DNA from: Bacteroidia bacterium
GTDB taxonomy: Bacteria > Bacteroidota > Bacteroidia > Bacteroidales > VadinHA17
Reading direction: 5' to 3'
DNA: 10,369 bases
NCBI GenBank assembly: GCA_026391215.1
Contig: JAPLDX010000107.1
Location: 1 to 10,369, forward strand
The position numbers and the translations under genes were made by a program. Below the pieces are notes generated by a model. The model was given only the letters and a program-made list of their open reading frames with translations. It did not search any database and was not told the origin of the DNA. Of this stretch, positions 1 to 7,665 are shown one piece after another. Each line of letters begins with the position of its first letter. Position 1 is the stretch's first letter.

Positions 1-627
1 GGGTCCCTGACCTTCCATCCCGATTATGCCATCCATAATGAAGAAATGAGGCATAACTGTCCTGTTAAGATCGACAAGGAAGCAGGAGAATCTCTCCCTA
101 TCCTGGTATAATGCATGCTGCTTTGCCTTGGTGAATCCCGGTACTAAGCCCAGTGTATTTTTTATTGCACCGGTAAAGTATACAAGCCCATGATTTTTAA
201 GCTTTGGCAGTGAGATGATCACATCAACCTCATTGATTACAGACGCTACTTTTATCCTGACTCCCCCCGGCATGGTTCTTTCTGAAGGATTCTTCATGAA
301 GTCAACCCATACTGCTCCTGTCTTTTCACATATCTGGTAGATCCCTGATTTAACAGGCTTTAAGCCGCGAAGGTGAATAGAAGGTGAATCGCCGACAAAA
401 ACAACAGCCCCTCTGGATTGAAGATATCTTATCATTGCCTCCAGCACAACAGGATGCGTGCATACACATTTTGAGGAATCGCTGTCAGTAAGTATGTTAG
501 GCTTCAAAAGAACCTTTTTCCCTGACACATCCGGTCCTTCACAGGATTCATATATATCTGAAATAAGGTTATATACCTTCTGAAAATCATATTCCCTGCA
601 TACCCTTACGGCAACCTTATTATTCAT
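1..627 (-). CDS. DUF362 domain-containing protein (partial, runs off the left edge; the family often carries a C-terminal 4Fe-4S domain)
   Basis: Not in the ORF track. Manual translation from ATG at 627 gives MNNKVAVRVCREYDFQKVYNLISDIYESCEGPDVSGKKVLLKPNILTDSDSSKCVCTHPVVLEAMIRYLQSRGAVVFVGDSP...ISLPKLKNHGLVYFTGAIKNTLGLVPG...IMDGIIGMEGQGP. The KVLLKPN, THP, GDSP, LPKLK.H, TGAIKN and DG...MEG.GP motifs are typical of DUF362. The start overlaps the dacB stop by 8 bp. Confidence 0.85.
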   Translation of the reverse strand, partial: MNNKVAVRVCREYDFQKVYNLISDIYESCEGPDVSGKKVLLKPNILTDSDSSKCVCTHPVVLEAMIRYLQSRGAVVFVGDSPSIHLRGLKPVKSGIYQICEKTGAVWVDFMKNPSERTMPGGVRIKVASVINEVDVIISLPKLKNHGLVYFTGAIKNTLGLVPGFTKAKQHALYQDRERFSCFLVDLNRTVMPHFFIMDGIIGMEGQGP

Positions 628-2056
628 TTAATACTATTTCTTTAAGTATTTCTTCAATATGAGCAACAATATAACGGGACGGACCTGTGAAATTATTGAC
701 AATAATACTGAATATCAGGTCATTGTCTGCATAGGTTTTAATATAGCCGGAGTAGCTTCTTACCCTTGTCATTGATCCGCTTTTTGCTGACATCCTTGAA
801 ATAAAAACAGGATCCGTAAAATAATATTTGAGTGTTCCCTCTTTACCCGCATCGGGAAGAGAAGCAAAAAACTCATTAAAATACCGGCCTTTATTCTTCA
901 TATAAAATAAGAGATCCACAAGACCTTTTGCATTGACTGCATCAAGAGGGGAGAGACCGCTGCCATCTTCAATGAACATACCATCCGTATTTACTCCTGC
1001 ATTTCCAAGAAATTCGTTTATTACAAGAGTTCCTGATAAGGTGGAACCATCGTTCTTAAACACTTTCCCCAGTTCTTTTAAGAGGTGTTCGGCATACAGA
1101 TTGACACTTTCATGATTCAACTCCTCTATTATATCTTTCAAAGGAGGAGATGTAACTTCAATTATTGAGATAACATCTTCAGGCACAGAAGATTCCAGTC
1201 TGGCGGTTGTAGGATCTCCTGATATTTTAATGCCCGCAGATCTCAGTTTTTTATCGATGATTTCTGCCATCAGGAGGGGAGGATCCTGGATAGAGGCTTT
1301 GAGAACAAAATCATCCTCATTTGAAGGAATCCTTCCGGCAATCCAGCCATCCTTATCGTAAGGGGCAGCAAAAACATACCCTTCGTCATCTGTTCCTGAA
1401 ACAATGAGCCGGTCCGATAATTCTGTCCTGCACTCTTCAGAGAATACCCCGGTTATAATATGATTTGAGCTGTCGAATGATGTTTTGAAGTGTATTTCAT
1501 AATAATTATCGAAAAGGCTTAAGCCATAAGCTCCGGCGCCGTAATAGTTACCCATATCTTCCCATAGCCATACAGGAGGAACAGGCTGGTAATCATAATA
1601 GGAATCATCTGTTATTATCCTGCCGTTTATCTTTTTAATACCTGCTTTCTTAATTTCATCGATCCATTTACCTGTGAAATCAGTATAATATTCTTCAAAT
1701 TCTTTTGATCCGAGCGCCGGATCGCCTCCTCCTTTTATAACAATGTCACCTTTTAGTGTTCCTGACCGTTTATTTAAATCTCCTGTATAACCTATCGTGG
1801 TTCTGAATGTATAGCCGGGTCCGAGCAGTTCTAAAGCAGCCGAGGTTGTCACCAGCTTCATTACTGAGGCAGGAATAAGGCTCTTTCCTGAGTTGTAGTC
1901 AAATACTATCCTGCCGCTGTCCGCATCAATTACATAAAAAGATACGGCGGCATGTTTCATAACAGAATCGGCAAGAAAAGAATCGAAAGCTTTTTCCTGT
2001 GAAAGAGATGGAAGGGAGATAAGGAACAGAAGGAACAGCAGGAACTTTATTCTCAT
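620..2056 (-). CDS. dacB: D-alanyl-D-alanine carboxypeptidase/endopeptidase (PBP4, peptidase S13)
   Basis: N-terminal signal peptide. Catalytic motifs are present: SxxK (PASVMK), SxN (ESVNLYAE) and KSG (AKSGSM). The family motifs GGGDP and DGSGLS are also present. Confidence 0.95.
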   Translation of the reverse strand: MRIKFLLFLLFLISLPSLSQEKAFDSFLADSVMKHAAVSFYVIDADSGRIVFDYNSGKSLIPASVMKLVTTSAALELLGPGYTFRTTIGYTGDLNKRSGTLKGDIVIKGGGDPALGSKEFEEYYTDFTGKWIDEIKKAGIKKINGRIITDDSYYDYQPVPPVWLWEDMGNYYGAGAYGLSLFDNYYEIHFKTSFDSSNHIITGVFSEECRTELSDRLIVSGTDDEGYVFAAPYDKDGWIAGRIPSNEDDFVLKASIQDPPLLMAEIIDKKLRSAGIKISGDPTTARLESSVPEDVISIIEVTSPPLKDIIEELNHESVNLYAEHLLKELGKVFKNDGSTLSGTLVINEFLGNAGVNTDGMFIEDGSGLSPLDAVNAKGLVDLLFYMKNKGRYFNEFFASLPDAGKEGTLKYYFTDPVFISRMSAKSGSMTRVRSYSGYIKTYADNDLIFSIIVNNFTGPSRYIVAHIEEILKEIVLNE

Positions 2057-3105
2057 GATTTTACTTGTTTATTTTGTTCCAGAGTGGATAGTAAGCCGCA
2101 GGCTGCCCTTATATCCTCACCTCTTGAATTCCTGATTGTCGTGAGTATCCCTTTTGCGTTCAGCGCTTCCTTAAAGCTGTTTGCAGCCTCATGATCAGGG
2201 CTCTTCAGTTCCGATCCCGGAATCTGATGAAACCTTATTATGTTTATCCTGCATTTGATCCCGTTCAGTATTCTCGCCAGTTCTTTAATGTGAGCAGGGG
2301 TGTCATTCATTCCTTTGAAAAGGATATATTCAAATGACACTCTTCTCTGACTGTTGAAATCAAAATCCCTTATTATGTCAAGGACTTCTTTTACTGTATT
2401 GGTATGCTGGATGGGCATTAGTTTTCTTCTCTCCTCATCGAACGGTGAGTGGAGGCTGACTGCCAGGTGGCAGCGGCTCTTCACGAGAAACTCCTTTATT
2501 GTCGATGTAAGGCCTACAGTACTGACAGTGATACGGGTAGGGCTCCATCCATAGCCCCATTCATTTGTCACGATTTCAAGGCTTTTCATCACCTCGGTGA
2601 TATTATCCAGAGGCTCACCCATCCCCATATAGACCATGTTTGTGAGCGTTTTAAATTCGGGAAGGCTCCTGAACTGGTTCAGTATTTCGTTCGATGAGAG
2701 GTTTCCCTGGAATCCCTGTCTGCCTGTCATGCAGAAAATGCAACCCATTTTGCAGCCGGCCTGCGATGAAACACATATTGTCGCCCTGTCATCTTCCGGA
2801 ATATAGGCAGTTTCTATGTATTTGTCTTTCAGCACATTATATAGGTATTTTTTTGTTCCGTCACTGCTTTCCATAACATTTACCGGGGCGGCAAGTCCGA
2901 TTTCATAATCAACCGACAGTACCTCTCTCATCTTTTTCGAAAGGTTAGTCATCTCATCGATTGATGATATCTCCTTTTTATATAGCCAGTCGGTAATCTG
3001 TTTAGCGGCAAAGCCTGGCAGCTTTACCCGTTTTGTGACTGCAATCAGCTCATTTAAGGTCTTCCCGTATAGTTTTTCTTTTAACATTATTTTATTGTCA
3101 TTCAT
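2053..3105 (-). CDS. rlmN: 23S rRNA (adenine(2503)-C2)/tRNA methyltransferase RlmN, radical SAM
   Basis: CVSSQAGCKMGCIFC (CxxxCxxC), MGMGEP, ITVST, LAVSLH, EYIL and C-terminal RGEDIRAACGLL. Its stop overlaps the dacB start (ATGA, 2053-2056). The true start may be the second Met (MLKEKL). Confidence 0.96.
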   Translation of the reverse strand: MNDNKIMLKEKLYGKTLNELIAVTKRVKLPGFAAKQITDWLYKKEISSIDEMTNLSKKMREVLSVDYEIGLAAPVNVMESSDGTKKYLYNVLKDKYIETAYIPEDDRATICVSSQAGCKMGCIFCMTGRQGFQGNLSSNEILNQFRSLPEFKTLTNMVYMGMGEPLDNITEVMKSLEIVTNEWGYGWSPTRITVSTVGLTSTIKEFLVKSRCHLAVSLHSPFDEERRKLMPIQHTNTVKEVLDIIRDFDFNSQRRVSFEYILFKGMNDTPAHIKELARILNGIKCRINIIRFHQIPGSELKSPDHEAANSFKEALNAKGILTTIRNSRGEDIRAACGLLSTLEQNKQVKS

Positions 3106-3110
3106 TTTTT

Positions 3111-3207
3111 ACCACAGAGTAACACAGAGTATTTCACAGTGTTACACATAGGATTCTTATTTACATGATACTGTGAAACTCCGCTGAACTCTGTGTTACT
3201 CAGTGGT
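3111..3207. repeat. Imperfect ~97-bp palindromic miniature element built from 10-bp CACAGAGT-like units
   Basis: ACCACAGAGTAACACAGAGT (3111-3130) matches the reverse complement of 3188-3207 (ACCACTGAGTAACACAGAGT) at 19/20 positions. An inner pair, TTTCACAGT (3132-3140) and ACTGTGAAA (3170-3178), is also complementary. Confidence 0.8.
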
Positions 3208-3983
3208 TATTTTTCTATTTTCCCTTCGAATACGAAAGTCGCAGGTCCTGTGAGCCAGATGTTGATTACTTTTTCCTTCTTTATTTCAAGTTCAACCTTC
3301 AGATTACCTCCTCTTGCCCTGACATTGACAGGACCAGTGCCAAAATGTCCTTTCAGAACTGAAGCAATGGCAGATGCTGTGACACCAGTTCCGCATGCGA
3401 AAGTCTCTTCTTCAACACCGCGTTCGAAAGTCCTGATGTACAGCCCTTTATCATAAGTTTCCACAAAGTTTACATTGGTTCCTCCGGGTGCAAATGCAGG
3501 AGACCATCTCAGCTTTTTGCCTTCCTGGTTGACATCTATTTTATCAATCCCGCTTGTAAATACCACATAATGAGGAGATCCGGTATTAATAAAATAATTT
3601 TCGCCGATGATCTTGTATTCATTGACATCAGCCATCTGAAGGCGGACAATATCCTTGTTAACTTCAGCCTCATGAATGCCATCGAATGCAAGGAATCTTT
3701 GCTTTTTACCAGCGATGCCATGTTTAAGGGCAAAATGAGCGGTACATCTTCCCCCGTTGCCACACATTGATCCTGTTTTGCCGTCGGAGTTGAAGTATTT
3801 CATTTCAAAATCAGCGTCCGGTTTTGACGAGATAAGGATCAGTCCGTCAGCGCCTATGCCAAATCTGCGGTCACATAATCTGTTAATTAGTTTTGAATCG
3901 GATGGATTGAAATTGCCGCTTCGATTGTCTATAATAATGAAATCATTACCTGCGCCCTGGTATTTGTTAAACGTTATTATCAT
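3207..3983 (-). CDS. dapF: Diaminopimelate epimerase
   Basis: F.KYQGAGNDF, CDRRFGIGADG, NSDG...MCGNGGRC, TGSPH, NVNFV and RTFERGVEEETFACGTG. Both catalytic cysteines are present. Confidence 0.97.
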   Translation of the reverse strand: MIITFNKYQGAGNDFIIIDNRSGNFNPSDSKLINRLCDRRFGIGADGLILISSKPDADFEMKYFNSDGKTGSMCGNGGRCTAHFALKHGIAGKKQRFLAFDGIHEAEVNKDIVRLQMADVNEYKIIGENYFINTGSPHYVVFTSGIDKIDVNQEGKKLRWSPAFAPGGTNVNFVETYDKGLYIRTFERGVEEETFACGTGVTASAIASVLKGHFGTGPVNVRARGGNLKVELEIKKEKVINIWLTGPATFVFEGKIEK

Positions 3984-4159
3984 CTAAGTTAAAGTGTTGT
4001 TAAAACTGCTTAATATATTGAAGATCATTGAAAAAATGCATGATCTTTGTAAAACAAAAATGCCGGAAAACGGTTATAAAGATATGAATCTTTTACTAAG
4101 GCATATTATTTGACAATCGTTGACAGTTTAAAATTAAATAACTTAAAATTGGAATAATT

Positions 4160-5611
4160 ATGAAGGGTAAATATTTTTTAGGTGCAATATTTATGGCTCT
4201 GGTAGGTGCCGGGATAGCTTTGTTTGCCTATACATCCATTAATAAAAAAGCGCAAGCAGTAATTGTGAAAGACAGTTCAAATATTGAGGTGCCTGATGCC
4301 CAGGCTATCCTCACTTCCTTCCAGATGCAGGAGGGGCAGGTAGATTTTACTTACGCTGCCGAGCAGACCGTTCATGCAGTTGTACATGTCCGTACAAAGA
4401 CGATGGTCGAACAGCCTGAAAATCCTCTGCTTGAGTGGTTTTATGGTGATCGTTACAGCAACAAACCAAGGGAAGTAGCTGGTTATGGATCAGGTGTCAT
4501 AATATCATCTGACGGATATATAATAACCAATAACCATGTGATAGAAGATGCTGAGAATATTGAAGTTAAGCTTAATGACAACAGGATATTCAATGCGGAG
4601 CTTGTTGGACGCGATCCGAGTACTGACATTGCGGTGCTGAAGATCAAGGCTGAAAATCTCTCATATCTTAAATATGGAGATTCTGAAAAGCTTAAGGTAG
4701 GGGAGTGGGTGCTGGCAGTTGGCAATCCATTCAACCTTACATCGACTGTTACAGCAGGGATTGTAAGCGCAAAGGGCAGGAACCTTGGTCTGCTGAACAG
4801 TGATTACAGGATCGAATCCTTCATTCAGACCGATGCTGCTCTTAACGTTGGGAACAGTGGCGGTGCGCTTGTTGACACAAAAGGGCTGCTGGTTGGTATC
4901 ACATCAGCAATATATTCTCCCAGCGGAGCCTATGCAGGTAATTCATTCGCAATACCCGTAAGTATTGTCCGGAAAGTGGTTGGGGACCTGAAAGAGTTTG
5001 GTGAGGTTCAGAGAGCTATAATCGGGGTAAATATTACAGATGTTACTTCAGAAGATGCTGATAAGTACAATCTTACTGAGATAAAAGGAGCTTTGATAAC
5101 AAAGGTAATAGACGGCGGATCTGCTGCCGATGCTAACCTTAAGGAAAATGATGTTGTGATTGAACTTGACGGAATAAACATTAACTCTGTTTCAGAACTC
5201 CAGGAGCAGATCGGCAAGCATCGTCCGGGTGATAAAGTTTCTATAACTTATTTAAGGAATGGGAAGGAATCCACAGTTCCCATTACACTGAAAAATATAG
5301 CAGGAAACACAAACGTTGTTCCGGTCGGGATGGGTACAGGTGTGATCTTTGGTGCAAGGTTTGAGTCACTGAGTCAGATGGACAGGAATTCGTACAACAC
5401 CGAAAACGGAGTAAAAATCGTTGAAATCAACGATGGACTTTTTAAGGATATGGGTCTTAAAAAAGGGACCATAATCCTGAGGATAAATGATAAAAAAGTC
5501 AATAATACTGATGAAATACGTCAGGCGACGAATAACAGCGAAAGATCCCTGAAATCGATAGAAGGGATCGCCTCTGACGGAAGAATATTTAATTACAGGT
5601 TCGGAAATTAA
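4160..5611 (+). CDS. htrA: HtrA/DegP/DegQ (Do) family serine protease with N-terminal membrane anchor and two PDZ domains
   Basis: Hydrophobic N-terminus, GSGVIIS.DGYIITNNHV (His), TDIAVLK (Asp) and IQTDAALNVGNSGGAL (Ser). Two C-terminal PDZ-like segments follow. Confidence 0.93.
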   Translation: MKGKYFLGAIFMALVGAGIALFAYTSINKKAQAVIVKDSSNIEVPDAQAILTSFQMQEGQVDFTYAAEQTVHAVVHVRTKTMVEQPENPLLEWFYGDRYSNKPREVAGYGSGVIISSDGYIITNNHVIEDAENIEVKLNDNRIFNAELVGRDPSTDIAVLKIKAENLSYLKYGDSEKLKVGEWVLAVGNPFNLTSTVTAGIVSAKGRNLGLLNSDYRIESFIQTDAALNVGNSGGALVDTKGLLVGITSAIYSPSGAYAGNSFAIPVSIVRKVVGDLKEFGEVQRAIIGVNITDVTSEDADKYNLTEIKGALITKVIDGGSAADANLKENDVVIELDGININSVSELQEQIGKHRPGDKVSITYLRNGKESTVPITLKNIAGNTNVVPVGMGTGVIFGARFESLSQMDRNSYNTENGVKIVEINDGLFKDMGLKKGTIILRINDKKVNNTDEIRQATNNSERSLKSIEGIASDGRIFNYRFGN

Positions 5612-5689
5612 CCCAAACCAATTGAAAGTAGTTGATATACAGGGAGTTTGTAAAAACCCCCTATCTGTTAATAACAATACTGATTAATG

Positions 5690-5721
5690 TTTGTTATTAC
5701 ATTAATTAATACTATCTTTGC
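5690..5721 (+). promoter_or_regulatory. Bacteroidota primary-sigma promoter (-33 TTTG / -7 TAnnTTTG) for the sigma factor gene
   Basis: TTTG at 5690-5693, a 19-bp spacer, then TATCTTTGC at 5713-5721. The ATG is at 5743. This matches the established Bacteroides consensus and spacing. Confidence 0.8.
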
Positions 5722-5742
5722 GACACTTTTCTAAAGGCATAA

Positions 5743-6603
5743 ATGAGACAACTAAAGATAACCAAATCCATAACAAACAGAGAGAGTGCTTCACTCGACA
5801 AGTATTTGCAGGAGATTGGTAAAGAAGAGTTGATATCGGTAGAAGAAGAAGTTGAACTGGCTCAGCGTATTAAAAAAGGAGACAGAACTGCTCTTGAAAA
5901 ACTCACAAAAGCAAACTTGCGTTTCGTAGTATCTGTTGCAAAACAGTATCAAAACCAGGGACTCAGCCTTCCGGACCTTATCAATGAAGGTAATCTGGGG
6001 CTGATAAAAGCTGCCGAAAAATTTGATGAAACCAGGGGTTTCAAATTCATCTCGTATGCTGTATGGTGGATAAGGCAGTCTATTCTTCAGGCGCTGGCCG
6101 AGCAATCGAGAATAGTCAGACTACCTCTCAACCAGGTTGGTTCACTCAATAAGATAAATAAGGCTTTCTCCAAATTTGAACAGGAAAACGAGCGTACTCC
6201 TTCACCTGAAGAGCTTGCAGATGTTCTTGAACTTCCAAAGGAAAAAGTCACGGATACCCTTAAAGTATCAGGAAGGCATGTTTCTGTTGATGCTCCCTTT
6301 ATTGAAGGCGAGGACAACAGTCTTCTTGATGTACTTACAAACACCGATTCACCGGTAGCTGATAAGCTTCTGATGGATGAGTCGCTCTCAAGGGAAATCT
6401 GCCGGGCTCTGGCAACCCTTACAGAAAGAGAAAGGGACATAATACGCTATTTCTTCGGTATAGGCTGTCAGGAAATGACACTTGAAGAGATAGGAGAGAA
6501 ATTCGGTCTTACCCGTGAAAGAGTCCGCCAGATAAAAGAAAAGGCTATAAGACGCTTAAGACATACATCAAGGAGCAAGTTATTGAAAGGATATTTAGGA
6601 TAA
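5743..6603 (+). CDS. rpoD: RNA polymerase primary sigma factor, Bacteroidota short form lacking region 1.1
   Basis: 286 aa with the N-terminus [26 protein letters not shown]. Region 2 reads [12 protein letters not shown]...[32 protein letters not shown]. The region 4 HTH reads [19 protein letters not shown]. Confidence 0.95.
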   Translation: MRQLKITKSITNRESASLDKYLQEIGKEELISVEEEVELAQRIKKGDRTALEKLTKANLRFVVSVAKQYQNQGLSLPDLINEGNLGLIKAAEKFDETRGFKFISYAVWWIRQSILQALAEQSRIVRLPLNQVGSLNKINKAFSKFEQENERTPSPEELADVLELPKEKVTDTLKVSGRHVSVDAPFIEGEDNSLLDVLTNTDSPVADKLLMDESLSREICRALATLTERERDIIRYFFGIGCQEMTLEEIGEKFGLTRERVRQIKEKAIRRLRHTSRSKLLKGYLG

Positions 6604-6619
6604 AAATGTGAAACTTCAG

Positions 6620-6651
6620 AAAAAGGCGCACTGACAACAGGCGCCTTTTTT
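6620..6651. terminator. Probable bidirectional intrinsic terminator downstream of rpoD
   Basis: AAAAAGGCGC (6620-6629) pairs with GCGCCTTTTT (6641-6650), with an inner CTG/CAG pair around an ACAA loop. There are U-tracts on both strands, and it begins 16 nt after the rpoD stop. Confidence 0.85.
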
Positions 6652-6658
6652 ATTGAAA

Positions 6659-6914
6659 CGACGAAGTCACAGACTTCGCCTAGCAGAGCGGAAGAAACGA
6701 CGAAGTCACAGACTTCGCCGAGCTGAAAGATTAAAACAAAACAGCTAAGCGAAGTTTGCAACTTCGCTTCATGACATCATAGTTTTAGATTTTGTTTTAA
6801 TTACGACGAAGTCACAGACTTCGCCGAGCTGAGCGGAAGAAACGACGAAGTCACAGACTTCTCCGAGCTGAAAGATAAAAACAAAACAGCTAAGCGAAGT
6901 TTGCAACTTCGCTT
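6659..6914. repeat. REP/REPIN (BIME-like) cluster: two 145-bp-period modules, each A-A-B
   Basis: Type A hairpins (CGACGAAGTC-ACA-GACTTCGCCG-AGCTG on the plus strand) are at 6659-6686, 6698-6725, 6804-6831 and 6843-6870. Type B hairpins (CAGCT-AAGCGAAGTT-TGC-AACTTCGCTT) are at 6742-6769 and 6887-6914. The A-A period is 39 bp with linker AGCGGAAGAAA, and the A-B spacer is 16 nt and A-rich. Confidence 0.93.
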
Positions 6915-6928
6915 TATATGCATGAAAA

Positions 6929-7495
6929 TTATCTATAGGTAAACCATGGTAAAACCAGGACAGGTATATCAATAGGCGCCTCCAGCGAAGCATAATTACG
7001 TGCACTGGAATATAGATAATCCTCTGGATTTCTGACAATTCCTGCTCTGACAGGATTATCATGGATATATTCTATTTTTTCTCTTATAAATTCATTGCTA
7101 TAAAGAAGCATAGCATGATTTTCATGGGTCCATACCTGATACACTTCATTCCTGGAATGTTGTGAAGCTCTGAATCTGAATCTGTTGAGTAGCCATTCCT
7201 TCCGACTTTCATTTACTTCAAGAATTGTGCTGATGATTCTTTTACTTGTGAATTTTTTTAAATCTCTGATATTATCACTTAATCTTCCAATACTGCTTTG
7301 TGCAACTAAATGAATATGATTTGACATGATCACATATGCGAAAATCTGAAATCCTTTATTCTCAATAGAGTATTTAAAACTATCAATTATGATATCTTTA
7401 TATACCTTCCTGGTGAAAATATCAATCCAGTCTACAATTTGAAAAGTTAAGAAATGTAAACCTTCCTGATCCTTAATCTGGTACCCTGTTGTCAT
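6929..7495 (-). CDS. REP-associated tyrosine transposase (RAYT/TnpA-REP-like; IS200/IS605 Y1 HUH superfamily)
   Basis: N-terminal HFLTFQIVDWIDIFTR, HUH motif in AYVIMSNHIHL, YQVW...NH, catalytic Tyr in KIEYIHDNPVRAG, and YLYSSA. The 188-aa ORF is intact, is flanked on both sides by short hairpin repeats, and has no adjacent tnpB. Confidence 0.9.
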   Translation of the reverse strand: MTTGYQIKDQEGLHFLTFQIVDWIDIFTRKVYKDIIIDSFKYSIENKGFQIFAYVIMSNHIHLVAQSSIGRLSDNIRDLKKFTSKRIISTILEVNESRKEWLLNRFRFRASQHSRNEVYQVWTHENHAMLLYSNEFIREKIEYIHDNPVRAGIVRNPEDYLYSSARNYASLEAPIDIPVLVLPWFTYR

Positions 7496-7593
7496 TGATT
7501 CTCTTTAGCACGTGAACAAGACACAATAACAATGCAATTTAAATTAATTTCAATAAAACATCATTATTTATGACCTTGCATTTTAATAATAAA

Positions 7594-7665
7594 CAACGAA
7601 GTCACAGACTTCGACGAGCTGAAAGATTAAAACAAAACAGCTAAGCGAAGTTTGTAACTTCGCTT
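7594..7665. repeat. Single A-B REP pair (REPIN-like unit) upstream of the RAYT gene
   Basis: A copy at 7594-7621 (CAACGAAGTC-ACA-GACTTCGACG-AGCTG), the 16-nt spacer AAAGATTAAAACAAAA, and a B copy at 7638-7665 (CAGCT-AAGCGAAGTT-TGT-AACTTCGCTT). Positions 7591-7670 match 6695-6774 at 77/80. Confidence 0.93.

Noticed and set aside
4018-4049. Candidate htrA promoter (TTG at 4018-4020, GATCTTTG at 4042-4049)
   Set aside because: The -7 element mismatches the TAnnTTTG consensus at the first position, and the AT-rich region gives chance matches. It is plausible but unsupported.
4830-4870. HtrA active-site loop reads NVGNSGG instead of the common NPGNSGG
   Set aside because: The catalytic triad is intact, and a single substitution at a position that varies in the family is not enough to infer altered function.
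5640-5665. Possible terminator after htrA (AGGGAGTTTGTAAAAACCCCCT)
   Set aside because: The stem is imperfect and there is no clear U-tract, so it is too weak to call.
6659-6914. CRISPR array interpretation of the 28-nt palindromic repeats
   Set aside because: The intervening sequences are short (11, 16 and 34 nt) and themselves repeated rather than unique. The repeats alternate in type and orientation, there are no cas genes in the window, and the adjacent Y1 transposase explains them as REP-like.
6468-7062. Minus-strand ORFs 6468-6761 and 6769-7062 with repeated peptide LGEVCDFVV
   Set aside because: The peptide repeats are just translations of the DNA hairpin repeats. The ORFs overlap rpoD (antisense) or the RAYT gene (alternate frame) and are most likely spurious.
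6929-7495. Classical IS200/IS605 insertion sequence
   Set aside because: There is no tnpB. The gene has multiple clustered hairpins rather than one left-end and one right-end structure, and the protein has the longer RAYT-like layout (YIH.NPVRAG...YSSA). It is not fully excluded without a phylogeny.
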